Below are positions 28,680-39,564 of a stretch of DNA of 64,000 bases, piece by piece. Made by a program: the position numbers and the translations under genes. Every line of letters begins with the position of its first letter. Within the stretch, counting starts at the first letter, position 1. The notes beneath the pieces are model-generated. The model saw only the letters and a program-made list of their open reading frames with translations, did no database searches and had not been told where the DNA came from. Origin of the DNA: Candidatus Aegiribacteria sp. (GTDB taxonomy: Bacteria; Fermentibacterota; Fermentibacteria; Fermentibacterales; JCC-6); the NCBI GenBank assembly GCA_046498225.1, contig JAWOBF010000059.1:1-64000 (forward strand). Direction: 5' to 3'.

Positions 28680-29915
28680 CTACGGCCGCGAAGTGGCGGC
28701 GAGACGGAAACCCACGAATGGATAGCCCAGCCCGGTATCAGGAAGCATCGCGGCGTCCGCTGCGCAGTCCTCCGCCGAGGAGAGCCAGCCACCCCCCAGT
28801 GCCACGGGGGATCCGCCGCTGTCCGCTGGCATGCAGTACTCCCATACGTTGCCCGCCATGTCGTGCAGTCCCCACCCGTTGCAGGGAAAGCTGCCCACCG
28901 GTGCCGTTTGAGGGAAGCCGTCGTCCATTGACGGGTGCCTGCGCAGCATTCCCTCGTTCCCGTCCGACAGGTTCAGCAGCCTGCCGCCGGGCCTCCCCCC
29001 GCCCCAGGGCCAGGGTCCGGCCCCGCCTCCGAGGTAGGCGGTCCGCCATTCTTCCTCATTCGGCAGCCTGTACACGAGTCCGGAGCTGTCCCTGCTGGTC
29101 AGCCAGCCGCAGTAATCCACAGCGGAACGGAACCGAAGGCCGGTGACAGGATGCTCCTCGAGACCCTCACGGACCGTCCACCTTCCATTCGGACCGATAT
29201 GGAAAGGCAGCGGATAATCGCTGGGAAAAACGGACTCCAGCATTTCGGTCCTTCCCCATCTGTTGGTGCTGTCCGTAACCGGCGCGGGTTCCAGCCAGTG
29301 TAGGTATTCGCAGAACTCCCCGTTGGTGACCTCGTACCGGGATATCATGTAGGAGTGCCGAAGGCCGGAAGGCGACCCCTCCCCGGCGGGCACCAGTATC
29401 ATTCCATTGTCCGCGGGACGGGGAAGAAGGTAATGAAGGGTATCCGGAAAGTTGGCGGCCAGGGAAAAGCTGTCATGGAGAACCGCGAGCCCATCCAGCG
29501 TCAGCCGCAGACGGTGGAGCCCCGGTTCGTCCAGCCGAAGAAGCAGTGGTGTGCTGCCGGATCGAGAACCGTCCACGAAGACATTCGCTCCCGGGGGGTC
29601 GCTGGTGACGCTGACGGAGAACAGATACGGAAGGTCCAGAAGGACCGGCGCGCCGGACATCGCCGGGGTAAGCAGGGTGTCGACGGATACCCTGCCGGGA
29701 TGGGAAACGGTGATGGACAGACCCTTCTGGGACACCGGTACCTGGGCCGGTGTGGTCCAGTAGTATCCCTCCCCGTCGAACACCGAAGCACCGGTGGGGG
29801 TGGAAACAACGTAAACGTAGGCTATGGGCCAGGAAGCTTCACAGATGAGAGCCGTGAACAGAAAGGCCAGGGCCGACAGCAGGATAACCGCCCAGTAGTC
29901 CAGGATTCGTCTCAT
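28680..29915 (-). CDS. PEGA-domain plus FGE-sulfatase (SUMF1-like) domain protein
   Basis: STPTGASV and SDPPGANVFVDG PEGA repeats; YEVTNGEF, RLPNEEEW, GLHDMAGNVWE, VGFRL. Confidence 0.82.
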   Translation of the reverse strand: MRRILDYWAVILLSALAFLFTALICEASWPIAYVYVVSTPTGASVFDGEGYYWTTPAQVPVSQKGLSITVSHPGRVSVDTLLTPAMSGAPVLLDLPYLFSVSVTSDPPGANVFVDGSRSGSTPLLLRLDEPGLHRLRLTLDGLAVLHDSFSLAANFPDTLHYLLPRPADNGMILVPAGEGSPSGLRHSYMISRYEVTNGEFCEYLHWLEPAPVTDSTNRWGRTEMLESVFPSDYPLPFHIGPNGRWTVREGLEEHPVTGLRFRSAVDYCGWLTSRDSSGLVYRLPNEEEWRTAYLGGGAGPWPWGGGRPGGRLLNLSDGNEGMLRRHPSMDDGFPQTAPVGSFPCNGWGLHDMAGNVWEYCMPADSGGSPVALGGGWLSSAEDCAADAAMLPDTGLGYPFVGFRLAATSRP

Positions 29916-30010
29916 GTCGCGGAATACACTCCTGCAGAACTTCCTCTCTAGGCTGGTTTCCGGAGTACACATCACACCAATAATAGTAACGGCCATGCGG
30001 GGAAGCCAGT

Positions 30011-30040
30011 TTTACGGAATTCCGGCGGGAGTAGTATAAT
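30011..30040 (+). promoter_or_regulatory. Sigma70-like promoter, TTTACG-N18-TATAAT, upstream of tldD
   Basis: Seen directly in the divergent intergenic region. Confidence 0.4.
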
Positions 30041-30100
30041 ATCAATGGAAAAGCCCATGGATATCAGGGCGGACCGGGTCCAACCTCCGGAAGGAATGAT

Positions 30101-31480
30101 ATGGTACAGAAAGATCTCAGCAGCTATGCCGGGCTGTTCTCGGAATACACCGAACTGCGGGTGCAGGAGAACAGGTCCCTGGGCATCAGCATGGTAAACG
30201 GTGACGTCATGGCCAACAGCCGGTCCACCGTCAGCGGGGTATCCGCCCGCGCGTTCAGCCGGGGACTGTGGGGATTCGCCTCCACCCCGATAGCAGACGA
30301 CGAGAACGTAAGGAGGACCGTAGAGGCGGCCACCGGGAACGCGAACTTCCTGGCCTCCAGGGAGGGACGGGAAGGATACCTTCTGCCCTCCTCCCCGGGC
30401 AGGCACTCCATCGACCTCTCCACCTCCAGGGACAGGATGCCGCAGAAGGATATCATCAGGTTCATGAAGGAGATGGATGCCAGAATAAGGGAGAAATACG
30501 GCAGAGTGGTCTCACGGACCCTCTCCCTGCAGCTCCTGGACATGGAGAAGTCACTTGTCACCTCCGACGGCTCGTCCAGTTACTCCATGATTCCCCGGTC
30601 TATACTCTACGTCTCCCTCAGCACCGAAACGGACGGCGAGCCGGTGGAGCTGATGGACGTTCACGGCGGGCTCGGCCAGATCGAGGACGTCTTTCTCAAC
30701 GCGGATTCGCTGTTTCAGAAAATGGACGAGCATTACGAGCAGCTCCTGAAAAAGGCCGAAGGTGTCTACCCGGAGACCGGCATGAAGGAGTGCGTTCTGG
30801 ACGCCGACCTGGCGGGAATACTCTCCCACGAGGCCATTGGCCATACCACGGAGGCGGACATCGTTCGGGGAGGGTCCGTGGCCGGCGACAGCATGGGCAT
30901 GCTCGTAGCCAGCCCTCTGGTGACGCTGGTGGACTTCGCCAGCGAGGCCCTGGGAGAGACCTGTCCCGTGCCGGTGCACATAGATGACGAGGGTACCCTG
31001 GCGGAGGACACGGTAATCATCGAAGAGGGCGTACTGAAGAGATTCATGCACAACAAGGAATCCGCCGCCCATTTCGGAGTAAGACCCACCGGCAACGCCA
31101 GGGCCTACCGGTTCAGCGACGAACCGATAATCAGGATGCGGAACACAGCCATTCTGCCCGGTGAAAGCAGGCTGGAGGATATGATAGCCTCTGTAGATGA
31201 CGGCTACTACCTGATGAAATCCAGCAACGGCCAGGCCGATTCCACCAGCGAGTTCATGTTCGGCGTGGTCCAGGGCTACGAGATTAAGAAGGGGCGGCTG
31301 GGCCGGGCCATAAGGGACACCACCATCTCGGGGGTTGCCTTCGATATGCTTAAGACGGTCACCGCCGTATCCGACCAGATGAAATGGACCTGCAGCGGAA
31401 TGTGCGGGAAGAAGCAGCCGATACCGGTGGGGATGGGCGGCCCGGCGGTGCAATGCATGATGAACATTGGGGGTAAGTGA
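30101..31480 (+). CDS. tldD: TldD metalloprotease subunit
   Basis: HEAIGH zinc motif, DDEG, TGNARA, RMRNT, C-terminal CGKKQPIPVGMGGP. Confidence 0.92.
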   Translation: MVQKDLSSYAGLFSEYTELRVQENRSLGISMVNGDVMANSRSTVSGVSARAFSRGLWGFASTPIADDENVRRTVEAATGNANFLASREGREGYLLPSSPGRHSIDLSTSRDRMPQKDIIRFMKEMDARIREKYGRVVSRTLSLQLLDMEKSLVTSDGSSSYSMIPRSILYVSLSTETDGEPVELMDVHGGLGQIEDVFLNADSLFQKMDEHYEQLLKKAEGVYPETGMKECVLDADLAGILSHEAIGHTTEADIVRGGSVAGDSMGMLVASPLVTLVDFASEALGETCPVPVHIDDEGTLAEDTVIIEEGVLKRFMHNKESAAHFGVRPTGNARAYRFSDEPIIRMRNTAILPGESRLEDMIASVDDGYYLMKSSNGQADSTSEFMFGVVQGYEIKKGRLGRAIRDTTISGVAFDMLKTVTAVSDQMKWTCSGMCGKKQPIPVGMGGPAVQCMMNIGGK

Positions 31481-32796
31481 TGCGGGACAGAACAGAGATA
31501 GCCGCTTTCAGCCTGGAAGCCCTGAAAAAGGCGGGACTGGAAAAATCAGAGTGCCATCTTCGTTTCACCCGCAGTGATGAGCTGAACCTGGACAGCGGAG
31601 AGATAAGCCTCCTCAGGACAACCGACGACGTCTCCCTCACCCTCACCGGAATCGTGGAGAACAGAAAGGGCTCCGTCACCATCAACAGGACGGACGGCCG
31701 CTCCCTTGACGAAGCGGCGGCCAGAGTGCTGGACATGGCCGTTTCCTCCGAACCCGACGGCGCCAATGACATATCCCCCCGTCAGCCGAGTGGGGAGTTC
31801 GACAGGGGGCCGGACGGACCCGACCTGGACCTGATGTACCGGAGGATGAAGGATTTCCTGGAATACTCCACGGAGAAATATCCCAGCCTGATACTGGAGC
31901 AGGCCATACTGGATTTTTCCGCCGTGCGGAAGTACTACCTCAACTCCAACGGCGTGGACCTCCGGTCGAGACGGGGATGCTACTCATTCTTCCCCATGTT
32001 CACCTCAAAGGAAGGGAAGGACACGTCCTCATTCAACTACTCCGTCGTATCCATGACCGGGCTGGACCGGGAACTGCAGGACTACGGCATCATAGACGAA
32101 CTGATGGAACAGTCCACCGGGCAGGTCCGCTCCAGGGAATTCCAGGGCAAGTTCAGCGGGGACGTCATCATTACTCCCGACTGCCTGGAGGACTTCCTCA
32201 GCATGACCTGCATGTACCTGGGCGACTACCCCATGATAAAGGGCACCTCCATCTTCAGGGATTCCCTGGGCGCCGAAATCGCCCACCCCGGACTGACCCT
32301 CCGGTCGATGCCCCTGTCGGACGAACTGGCCCATGGCTACTTCATCACACACGACGGCTACGCCGCCGCCGACAGCACAATAATCGAGAACGGCGTTCTC
32401 AGGACCTTCCTGCTGAGCCTTTACGGCTCCAACAAGACAGGAAAGGCAAGGTCGGTAAACAGCGGCGGGGCCTTCGTGGTCGACCCGGGAAAGGAAAGCA
32501 GGGAGGAACTGGTCTCCTCGGTGAAGAAGGGCATCCTCCTCTGCCGGTTCTCGGGGGGCATGCCCAGCGAGAGCGGCGATTTCTCCGGAGTGGCCAAGAA
32601 CAGCTACTACATTGAGGACGGTCGGATACGGCACCCGGTAAGGGAGATAATGATATCCGGGAACCTTCGCGACCTCCTCATGAACCTTGACGGGATTTCC
32701 TCCGAGAGGGTTAACTCCGGCAGTTCCATACTGCCCTGGATAAAGGCCCGGGATATCTCCATCTTCGGCAAGCAGGGGAGTTCTTCAACGGGCTAG
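31477..32796 (+). CDS. pmbA: PmbA/TldE family protein
   Basis: Coupled to tldD (GTGA overlap); SGDFSG, ISGNL; lacks HExxxH. Confidence 0.85.
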   Translation: MMRDRTEIAAFSLEALKKAGLEKSECHLRFTRSDELNLDSGEISLLRTTDDVSLTLTGIVENRKGSVTINRTDGRSLDEAAARVLDMAVSSEPDGANDISPRQPSGEFDRGPDGPDLDLMYRRMKDFLEYSTEKYPSLILEQAILDFSAVRKYYLNSNGVDLRSRRGCYSFFPMFTSKEGKDTSSFNYSVVSMTGLDRELQDYGIIDELMEQSTGQVRSREFQGKFSGDVIITPDCLEDFLSMTCMYLGDYPMIKGTSIFRDSLGAEIAHPGLTLRSMPLSDELAHGYFITHDGYAAADSTIIENGVLRTFLLSLYGSNKTGKARSVNSGGAFVVDPGKESREELVSSVKKGILLCRFSGGMPSESGDFSGVAKNSYYIEDGRIRHPVREIMISGNLRDLLMNLDGISSERVNSGSSILPWIKARDISIFGKQGSSSTG

Positions 32797-33620
32797 GTTC
32801 CGGGATGCGCTTCATCATCGGGCGAGTATATCCTCTTCAGGAGGATGAGCATCCCGCCCACCGTCCCCACCGTCATGAGGAAGGATTCCTCCGGTCCGAA
32901 ACCGCCCCAGGGCGGTGGGGTGACCGGGCTGAACAGGGTGGGCATCAGGATGTGGCCGCTTACGTTCCACCCGAAGACCATACCCGTCATCAGGTTCCAT
33001 ATCCAGTGAACGGCCACCGGGTACCATAGGCCGCCGGTCACTATCCTCAGCAGGCCGAAAAGGGCTCCCGCCAGGAAGATGTTGGCCAGTCCCGCCGCCG
33101 AGGCGTTCTCGTTGCCCAGGTGCATCATGGAGAATACCGCCGATGAGAGCAGGAGCCCGGTAAGCCTGCTTTTTCTGAAACTGAGACAGTCCATCAGGAA
33201 CCCCCGGCATACGATCTCCTCCCACGCGGCGAGAAGGAGCAGGGACAGTGCGAACACGAACCACCGGCCGGAAATGCCCTGGTATTCCAGGCCGAATCGC
33301 AGCGCAACCGCCGCGAAAGGCAGGAACAGGGCCGCGGCGGAGGCGGCGGCGGCGCGGCCGTCCCCCGCTCCCAGAACGCCGGCCACCGGCGGCACCAGCC
33401 GCCAGAAGAGCAGTACGGGCAGAAGGGCCGGTATGCCTGCCAGGGCGTACCTGGGGATGAAATCCTCGATGAAGCTCAGGAAGCCGCCGGACAGAGCCTG
33501 CAAGTAACCCCATATAACCACTCCGGCCACCGCGATAGCCAGCCTTGTCAGCGGTCTGGCTTTCCCCGGGACCCCCGTCTCCAGGAATACTCCGCCCTCA
33601 GCCGGTGGCATCTGCGGCAC
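32793..33620 (-). CDS. CPBP (CAAX/Abi) intramembrane metalloprotease
   Basis: EEIVCRG, FSMMHLGN, HWIWN, GGFGPEES. Confidence 0.88.
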   Translation of the reverse strand: MPQMPPAEGGVFLETGVPGKARPLTRLAIAVAGVVIWGYLQALSGGFLSFIEDFIPRYALAGIPALLPVLLFWRLVPPVAGVLGAGDGRAAAASAAALFLPFAAVALRFGLEYQGISGRWFVFALSLLLLAAWEEIVCRGFLMDCLSFRKSRLTGLLLSSAVFSMMHLGNENASAAGLANIFLAGALFGLLRIVTGGLWYPVAVHWIWNLMTGMVFGWNVSGHILMPTLFSPVTPPPWGGFGPEESFLMTVGTVGGMLILLKRIYSPDDEAHPGT

Positions 33621-34722
33621 TCCGGTACACTTTCATGGTCTCCATGGCGGTCCGTTCCCAGGAGAATTCTGCAGCCCGTTCAAGCCCCCTGGCGATGTAC
33701 TCATCCTTCAGCCGGGGCGAAGAAGCCAGGTTTCTCATGGCATTCGAGATTCCCGCTGTGTCCTCCGGGTCAACCAGGACGGCGGCGCCGGCGGCGGTCT
33801 CCGGAAGACACGACCTGTTTGAGGTTATCACCGGGCAGCCGCTGGACATCGCCTCTATCACCGGAAGGCCGAATCCCTCGTCCAGCGAGGGGAACAGGAA
33901 GGCCAGCGCGGAGGAATAGAGACGGCGGAGGTCCGCGGCCGACCGGTCTCTGAGAAAGATCAATCCATCCTCATTCACAGCCGTGTCCAACGGTTTTCCA
34001 CCGGTTACCATCACCAGGGAGCATTCCGCCCTCAGCCCGCCGGGGAGTTTCCTGTATGCCTCTACGATCCGGGGCAGGTTCTTCCGCGGGTCGTCCCTTC
34101 CCACAAAGAGAAAGAACCTTCCGCCGGGCCGCAGGCTGAACGGAAGCTCCTCGGAGCCGGAACCGGGACGGAATTCCCCGGACGCGGCTTCGGGAATGAC
34201 GGTGACGGGGGCTGGAATGTCCGGATAGAGTTCCAGGACCTGGTCCTTCACATAATTGGAGGGGGTTATTACCGCCGTGGACCGATCCAGTATGAGAGGC
34301 GTCCTCTTCCTGTAGAACCGCTCCAGTACGCTTCCGCAGTATTCGTTCCTGGTCAGCGGAAAGAGGTCGTGCACGGTGGAGACGAAGCGGCGGGGAAGGG
34401 CGGCGGTTCCGTAGGGGTCGGTGAGATGCACCAGGTCCACCCGGCGGGAGACCCTCATCCACATGAGTGAGGTCAGCGCGCCGGTCAGCGGCCTCATGGG
34501 CTCTCCCAGCATCCTGATATGGGGCAGGGAAGCGGTGACCCTCACGTTGGGCATGCCCTGGAAGACGCGCAGGAGCTTGTCCCTCCTGGCGGAGCTGAAG
34601 GTGGACAGAAGGTGGAAGGTGTCCTCCGGATACTGCTGCGCCAGCCCCCTTACCAGTTCCCTCGCGTATGTCTTTATTCCACCGTAACCCAGTATGTTAG
34701 TGGCGTCGAAACCGATGCGCAT
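33598..34722 (-). CDS. Glycosyltransferase family 4
   Basis: MRIGFDAT, TVHDL, PRKNL, FPSLDEGFGLPVIEAM, FSWERTA. Confidence 0.92.
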   Translation of the reverse strand: MRIGFDATNILGYGGIKTYARELVRGLAQQYPEDTFHLLSTFSSARRDKLLRVFQGMPNVRVTASLPHIRMLGEPMRPLTGALTSLMWMRVSRRVDLVHLTDPYGTAALPRRFVSTVHDLFPLTRNEYCGSVLERFYRKRTPLILDRSTAVITPSNYVKDQVLELYPDIPAPVTVIPEAASGEFRPGSGSEELPFSLRPGGRFFLFVGRDDPRKNLPRIVEAYRKLPGGLRAECSLVMVTGGKPLDTAVNEDGLIFLRDRSAADLRRLYSSALAFLFPSLDEGFGLPVIEAMSSGCPVITSNRSCLPETAAGAAVLVDPEDTAGISNAMRNLASSPRLKDEYIARGLERAAEFSWERTAMETMKVYRSAADATG

Positions 34723-34739
34723 GTTCCGCTCTCAGAGTG

Positions 34740-35501
34740 TCACTCCCCCCGCGGCGTGCTGCGGACGATGGACATGAAACTGTCCGCCTTGAGGCTGGCA
34801 CCCCCCACCAGGGCTCCGTTGACCGACGGGCGTGAAAGTATCTCGGCGGCGTTGCCTGGTTTTACGCTTCCCCCGTACTGTATTCTGAGTTCCTCCGCGA
34901 AACCGGCGTCCGTTAGGCTCTTCACCCATTCCCTGATGAGAGAATGCATTCTCTCGGCTTCCTCCGGCGTCGCCGTAAGACCGGTACCGATGGCCCAGAC
35001 CGGTTCGTAGGCGATGACAAGGTTCACCGGCGAGGCGGTTTCAAGCCCTTCCATGGCGGCGCCTATCTGTCTTCTGACAACCTCCTCGGTCCTGTCCGCC
35101 TCCCTCTCCTCCTTCAGTTCCCCCACGCAGAGAACACCTTTCAGGCCCGCCTTCAGTCCCGCGCGCAGCTTCTTCCTCACGATCTCGTCCGTCTCTCCTA
35201 TCACGTGGCGTCTCTCGCTGTGTCCGGCTATGAACCAGGTCGCCCCCGCCCGGGACAGCATTCCAGGACTGACCTCCCCGGTGAACGCGCCCCGCTCCTC
35301 CCAGAACAGGTCCTGTCCTCCCAGTTCCACCCCGGCGTCACGGGCTTCCTGCCGCAGCAGGGGCAGAAGGGTGAAGGGGGGAAAGAGAACGATTTCCGGC
35401 CCTTCGGACGGGGAGCCCAGCTCCCTCATGCTCCGAAGGAAATCCAGCGCGTCCTCCGGTGTCCCGTTCATCTTCCAGTTGGCTCCCATTACATACTTCA
35501 T
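34740..35501 (-). CDS. tpiA: Triosephosphate isomerase
   Basis: ANWKMN, GHSERR, AYEPVWAIGTG, YGGSV, LVGGAS. Confidence 0.98.
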   Translation of the reverse strand: MKYVMGANWKMNGTPEDALDFLRSMRELGSPSEGPEIVLFPPFTLLPLLRQEARDAGVELGGQDLFWEERGAFTGEVSPGMLSRAGATWFIAGHSERRHVIGETDEIVRKKLRAGLKAGLKGVLCVGELKEEREADRTEEVVRRQIGAAMEGLETASPVNLVIAYEPVWAIGTGLTATPEEAERMHSLIREWVKSLTDAGFAEELRIQYGGSVKPGNAAEILSRPSVNGALVGGASLKADSFMSIVRSTPRGE

Positions 35502-36697
35502 GTCCCGGACCCCCTCAGCGCTTCCAGGGCGGGCAGATCCTCCCCCTGGAGCAGTTTGAGGGAAGCTCCGCCGCCGGTGGAGACGAAGCTCATCCTGTCC
35601 TCGAGGCCGGCATCGGAAATCGCCCTGGAGGAGTCACCCCCCCCTACCACAGTGAAGGTTCCGTTATCGGTGGCCCGGGCCATCGCGTCGGCCATGTCCC
35701 TGGTTCCCCTGTCGAAGGGAGGTATCTCGAAAACTCCCATGGGACCGTTCCAGACCACTGTGGAGCTTTCGGCGACAATTTCGCCGAAACCGCGGACGGT
35801 CCCGGGGCCTATATCGAATCCGGACTGCCCGTGGGGGATCGAGTCCGCGGGAACCGTCTCCGCCAGGTCGCACCTGTCCGTCGAGGGGGCCACAACCATG
35901 TCCTCCGGCAGATGGAATTCCACACCCAGCTCCCCGGCCTCCTTCATTATCTTTCCGGCGGCGCCCAGCCTGTCCAGCTCCAGCAGGCTGTTGCCCACCT
36001 CCATTCCCATCTCCTTCATGAAGGTGAAGGCCATGCCTCCCCCTACCATGAGGTGGTCCAGCCGGGGCAGGAGGTTCTCGATGACCGGTATCTTGTCAGA
36101 TACCTTCGCCCCTCCCAGCAGAAGGGAGAAAGGCCTTTTCGGAGAGGACAGCCTGTCCTGGAAGACCTCCAGCTCCTTCTGGACCAGGAGCCCGGCGTAA
36201 CCGCCTCCCAGAATGCCGGGAACCCCGGTCATGGATGCGTGAGACCTGTGGCTTGTCCCGAAGGCGTCGTTGACGTAGATGTCCGCGTTGTCCGCCAGCT
36301 TCCGGGCGAACTCCTCGTCCCCCTCCTTCTCCTCTGGATGGAACCTGAGGTTTTCCAGCAGGAGAAGGTCGCCCGGACCCATGGAAGACCTGAGGGTGCT
36401 TACCCTGCCTCCGACGCAGTCCGGGGCGAAAGTTACCTTGATGTTCAGGAGCTCCTCCAGTCTGTCCGCAACCGGCGCCAGCGAGAGGTCCGGATTGCGG
36501 GTGCCCCCCGGCCTTCCCAGATGGCTGGCCATAACCACGGAGGCTCCGTTGTCCAGAAGGTACCTGACGGTGGGGAGAACGCCCCTTATCCGGGTATCGT
36601 CCGCCACCTTCCCATCCTCCAGCGGCACGTTCAGGTCAGCCCTGAGAAAGACCCTTCTTCCTTTCAGTTCAGTATCCTTCAGCGAAGGGTACTTCAT
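35498..36697 (-). CDS. pgk: Phosphoglycerate kinase
   Basis: [51 protein letters not shown]. Confidence 0.98.
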   Translation of the reverse strand: MKYPSLKDTELKGRRVFLRADLNVPLEDGKVADDTRIRGVLPTVRYLLDNGASVVMASHLGRPGGTRNPDLSLAPVADRLEELLNIKVTFAPDCVGGRVSTLRSSMGPGDLLLLENLRFHPEEKEGDEEFARKLADNADIYVNDAFGTSHRSHASMTGVPGILGGGYAGLLVQKELEVFQDRLSSPKRPFSLLLGGAKVSDKIPVIENLLPRLDHLMVGGGMAFTFMKEMGMEVGNSLLELDRLGAAGKIMKEAGELGVEFHLPEDMVVAPSTDRCDLAETVPADSIPHGQSGFDIGPGTVRGFGEIVAESSTVVWNGPMGVFEIPPFDRGTRDMADAMARATDNGTFTVVGGGDSSRAISDAGLEDRMSFVSTGGGASLKLLQGEDLPALEALRGSGT

Positions 36698-37710
36698 AGG
36701 CCCACCTCTATCATGTACCTGGTAAAATCGACCATCCTGGCCGCGTAGCCGTACTCGTTGTCGTACCAGGAGAGCACCTTGACCATCCGAGGGCCCATGG
36801 TCCTCGTCATCAGCGAATCGAATATCGAACTGAAGGGATTGCCGATGACATCGAAGGAGACCAGCGGCTCGTCGGAGTACTGAAGCACCCCCTGCAGCGG
36901 GCCGGCCGCAGCTTCCTCCATGGCGCTGTTGACACTCTGCGGCGTGACGTCCTTCCGGAGCCTGCAGACGAGGTCCACCAGCGACCCGTCCTTCACCGGC
37001 ACCCTTACCGCCATGCCGTCCAGCCTGCCGTTGAGCTCCGGAATGACCAGGCCCACCGCGGCGGCGGCGCCGGTGGTGGTGGGTATGATGTTCACGGCGG
37101 CGGCCCTTGCTCTCCTGGGGTCCTTGTGGGGGAGGTCCAGTATCTTCTGGTCGTTTGTGTAGGCGTGAATGGTTGTCATCAGGCCATTCTCAATTCCGAA
37201 GGTATCGTTGAGAACCTTTGCCACGGGAGCCAGACAGTTGGTGGTGCAGCTGGCGGTTGAGAGCACCTGGTGCTTCTCCGGGTCGTACATCCGATGATTG
37301 ACCCCGTAAACCACCGTGAGGTCAGCTCCCCTGTCCCCCTTGGCGGGAGCGCTGAGAAGGACCTTGCGCGCCCCGGCGGCAATATGGCTGGCGGCCTTTT
37401 CCCGTGTTCGGAAAAGACCGGTGGCCTCGATGACGATATCAACTCCCATATCCTTCCAGGGAAGTTTGGACGGGTCGGGCTGGGAAAGCACCGTGAAACT
37501 GTCAGCACCGGCTTTGATCCGCTTCCCGTCCACCTCTATCTCGCCGGGAAACCTGCCGTGAACCGAGTCGTACTTCAGAAGATGGGCCAGAGTACCGGGG
37601 TCGGTAAGGTCATTCACCGCAACTATATCTATGGCTCTGTCATCCAGGGTCTGCCTGTAGACCAGTCTTCCGATCCTGCCGAATCCGTTGATCGCTACTT
37701 TCACTGCCAT
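36694..37710 (-). CDS. gap: Type I glyceraldehyde-3-phosphate dehydrogenase
   Basis: [31 protein letters not shown]. Confidence 0.98.
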   Translation of the reverse strand: MAVKVAINGFGRIGRLVYRQTLDDRAIDIVAVNDLTDPGTLAHLLKYDSVHGRFPGEIEVDGKRIKAGADSFTVLSQPDPSKLPWKDMGVDIVIEATGLFRTREKAASHIAAGARKVLLSAPAKGDRGADLTVVYGVNHRMYDPEKHQVLSTASCTTNCLAPVAKVLNDTFGIENGLMTTIHAYTNDQKILDLPHKDPRRARAAAVNIIPTTTGAAAAVGLVIPELNGRLDGMAVRVPVKDGSLVDLVCRLRKDVTPQSVNSAMEEAAAGPLQGVLQYSDEPLVSFDVIGNPFSSIFDSLMTRTMGPRMVKVLSWYDNEYGYAARMVDFTRYMIEVGL

Positions 37711-37722
37711 TTCAGCCCTCCA

Positions 37723-38760
37723 TCACCCGAAGAAAAGTTTTGCTGTTTCGTACAGTTCCTCAGGAACCGTCTTCATCGTGCCCACTGCTTCCTTGAGGTC
37801 CACCGCCACTATTCCGGTGCCCCTCAGGGCCGCCATCATGCCGAACTGGCCCTCTTCGGCCATCTCCACCGCCTTTACTCCAAGGCGGGTTCCCAGGACC
37901 CTGTCGAAGGCCGTGGGACTGCCCCCACGCTGTACATGGCCGAGGACCACGTGTCTGCTCTCCAGCTCGGTCCTGTCCGTTATCTCGTTCTTCAGGACCT
38001 CGCCTATTCCTATACCTGTACCCAGCTGCACATGACCGAAGGCGTCCCTCTCCGCCGAGTGCATCACATGCCTCTGGAGCTTGGGGTCCATGGCTCCCTC
38101 GGCCACCGCGACAAGCGCGTACCTGTTCCCTTCGTCGTAACGCTTTTTCAGTATCTCACACACCTGGTCGGTATCGAATTCCTTCTCTGGAGTGAGGATT
38201 ATGTGGGCGCCTCCCGCCATGCCTCCGTGAAGGGCCATCCATCCCGCGTGCCTGCCCATTATCTCCACCACTATGACCCTCTCGTGGCTTCTGGCCGTAG
38301 TATGGAGCTTGTCCAGCGCTTCCATCACGTAGTTGATGGCGGTATCGAAGCCGAAGGTGAAATCGGTGGCGGAAAGGTCGTTGTCTATGGTCTTGGGCAC
38401 TCCTATGACATCGATCCCGTCGGAGAAGAGCTTGGCCGCGACGCCCAGGGTATCGTCGCCCCCCGAAGCGATGAGGCAGTCCAGCTTCATCTTCCTGAAA
38501 TTTTCCCGAATGAGTTCGAAACCGTTCTCGATCTTGAAAGGGTTGGTCCTGGAGGCAAGGATGATAGTCCCCCCCTGCATCTGAATATCCCTGACCTTCT
38601 CCAGGTCCAGCGATACGGACTGGTTCTCTATGGCGCCCTTCCAGCCCCGAAGAAAACCGGTGACAGTGTGGTCGCTGCTCAGGGCCCTGACCGTCACTCC
38701 CCTGATTACCGCGTTGAGACCGGGGGCATCGCCGCCGCCGGTAAGAATTCCAATATGCAT
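37723..38760 (-). CDS. pfkA: 6-phosphofructokinase (PfkA family, PPi-type signature)
   Basis: TGGGDAPGLN, GGDDT, PKTIDND, MGRHAG, LGHVQRGG. Confidence 0.93.
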   Translation of the reverse strand: MHIGILTGGGDAPGLNAVIRGVTVRALSSDHTVTGFLRGWKGAIENQSVSLDLEKVRDIQMQGGTIILASRTNPFKIENGFELIRENFRKMKLDCLIASGGDDTLGVAAKLFSDGIDVIGVPKTIDNDLSATDFTFGFDTAINYVMEALDKLHTTARSHERVIVVEIMGRHAGWMALHGGMAGGAHIILTPEKEFDTDQVCEILKKRYDEGNRYALVAVAEGAMDPKLQRHVMHSAERDAFGHVQLGTGIGIGEVLKNEITDRTELESRHVVLGHVQRGGSPTAFDRVLGTRLGVKAVEMAEEGQFGMMAALRGTGIVAVDLKEAVGTMKTVPEELYETAKLFFG

Positions 38761-38763
38761 CGT

Positions 38764-39564
38764 TCACTCCCTCTTCTGTTGTTCCGCGTTCCTGTTGGAC
38801 ATTCTTCGAAGAAGCCTTCCCGCAAGCTCCGTGAACTCCGAGATTGACAGGGACTGCCCCCCGTCGGAAAGCGCCTTGTCGGGGTCGGGGTGTACTTCCA
38901 GCATGATACCGTCGGCTCCCGCGGCCAGTCCGGCCAGGGACAGCGGCTCCAGCAGGTCCCTTCTGCCCGAGGCGTGGCAGGGGTCCACGATCACAGGGTA
39001 TCCTCCCAGCATCCTGGCCAGGGGTATCGCCGAAATATCCAGCGTATTCCTCGTCCAGGGTTCGAAAGTGCGTATACCCCGCTCGCAGAGCACCACCCTG
39101 TCATTTCCTTCCTTGACGATATACTCCGCCGCCATGAGCCATTCCTCGATGGTGGCCATGAACCCTCTCTTCAGAAGTATGGGGACATCGGCCCTTCCCA
39201 GGGCGGCCAGAAGGGAGAAATTGTGCATGTTCCTCGCTCCCACCTGGATCATGTCCACACACTCAAGGGCCGGTTCTATCTGATCAATGGCCATCACCTC
39301 GCTCACCACCGGAATGCTGAATTCCCGTCTGACCCTGTCCAGCAGCTGGAATCCCTCCACACCCAGCCCCTGAAAGGAATAGGGGGAAGTCCTGGGCTTG
39401 AATGAACCGCCCCTGAGTATGGAGACGCCCGATTTCACCGCGGCGGCGGCCACCGTTCTCAGCATTTCCAGGTTCTCCACGGAGCACGGACCGGCTATCA
39501 GAATGGATTCGCCCGCGCCCACCCGGACATCGGCGACTTCCACGGCCCGGACGTCCATATTCAC
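38764..39564 (-). CDS. aroF: DAHP synthase type I-beta, catalytic barrel only
   Basis: IAGPCSVE, GGSFKPRTSPYSFQG, GARNM, LLKRG, CERGIRTFE, EVHP..ALSDG. Confidence 0.92.
   Translation of the reverse strand: MNMDVRAVEVADVRVGAGESILIAGPCSVENLEMLRTVAAAAVKSGVSILRGGSFKPRTSPYSFQGLGVEGFQLLDRVRREFSIPVVSEVMAIDQIEPALECVDMIQVGARNMHNFSLLAALGRADVPILLKRGFMATIEEWLMAAEYIVKEGNDRVVLCERGIRTFEPWTRNTLDISAIPLARMLGGYPVIVDPCHASGRRDLLEPLSLAGLAAGADGIMLEVHPDPDKALSDGGQSLSISEFTELAGRLLRRMSNRNAEQQKRE

Noticed and set aside
30101..33620. RiPP cluster around tldD-pmbA and the CPBP protease
   Set aside because: No precursor peptide or modifying enzyme (YcaO, lanthipeptide synthetase, SPASM) seen nearby; genes are convergent and commonly housekeeping
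7930..38847. Many long antisense ORFs (e.g. 7930..9336, 22508..23761, 34944..36200, 35459..36748, 37270..38847)
   Set aside because: All mirror well-supported genes; expected from high GC3 codon bias; no recognisable motifs
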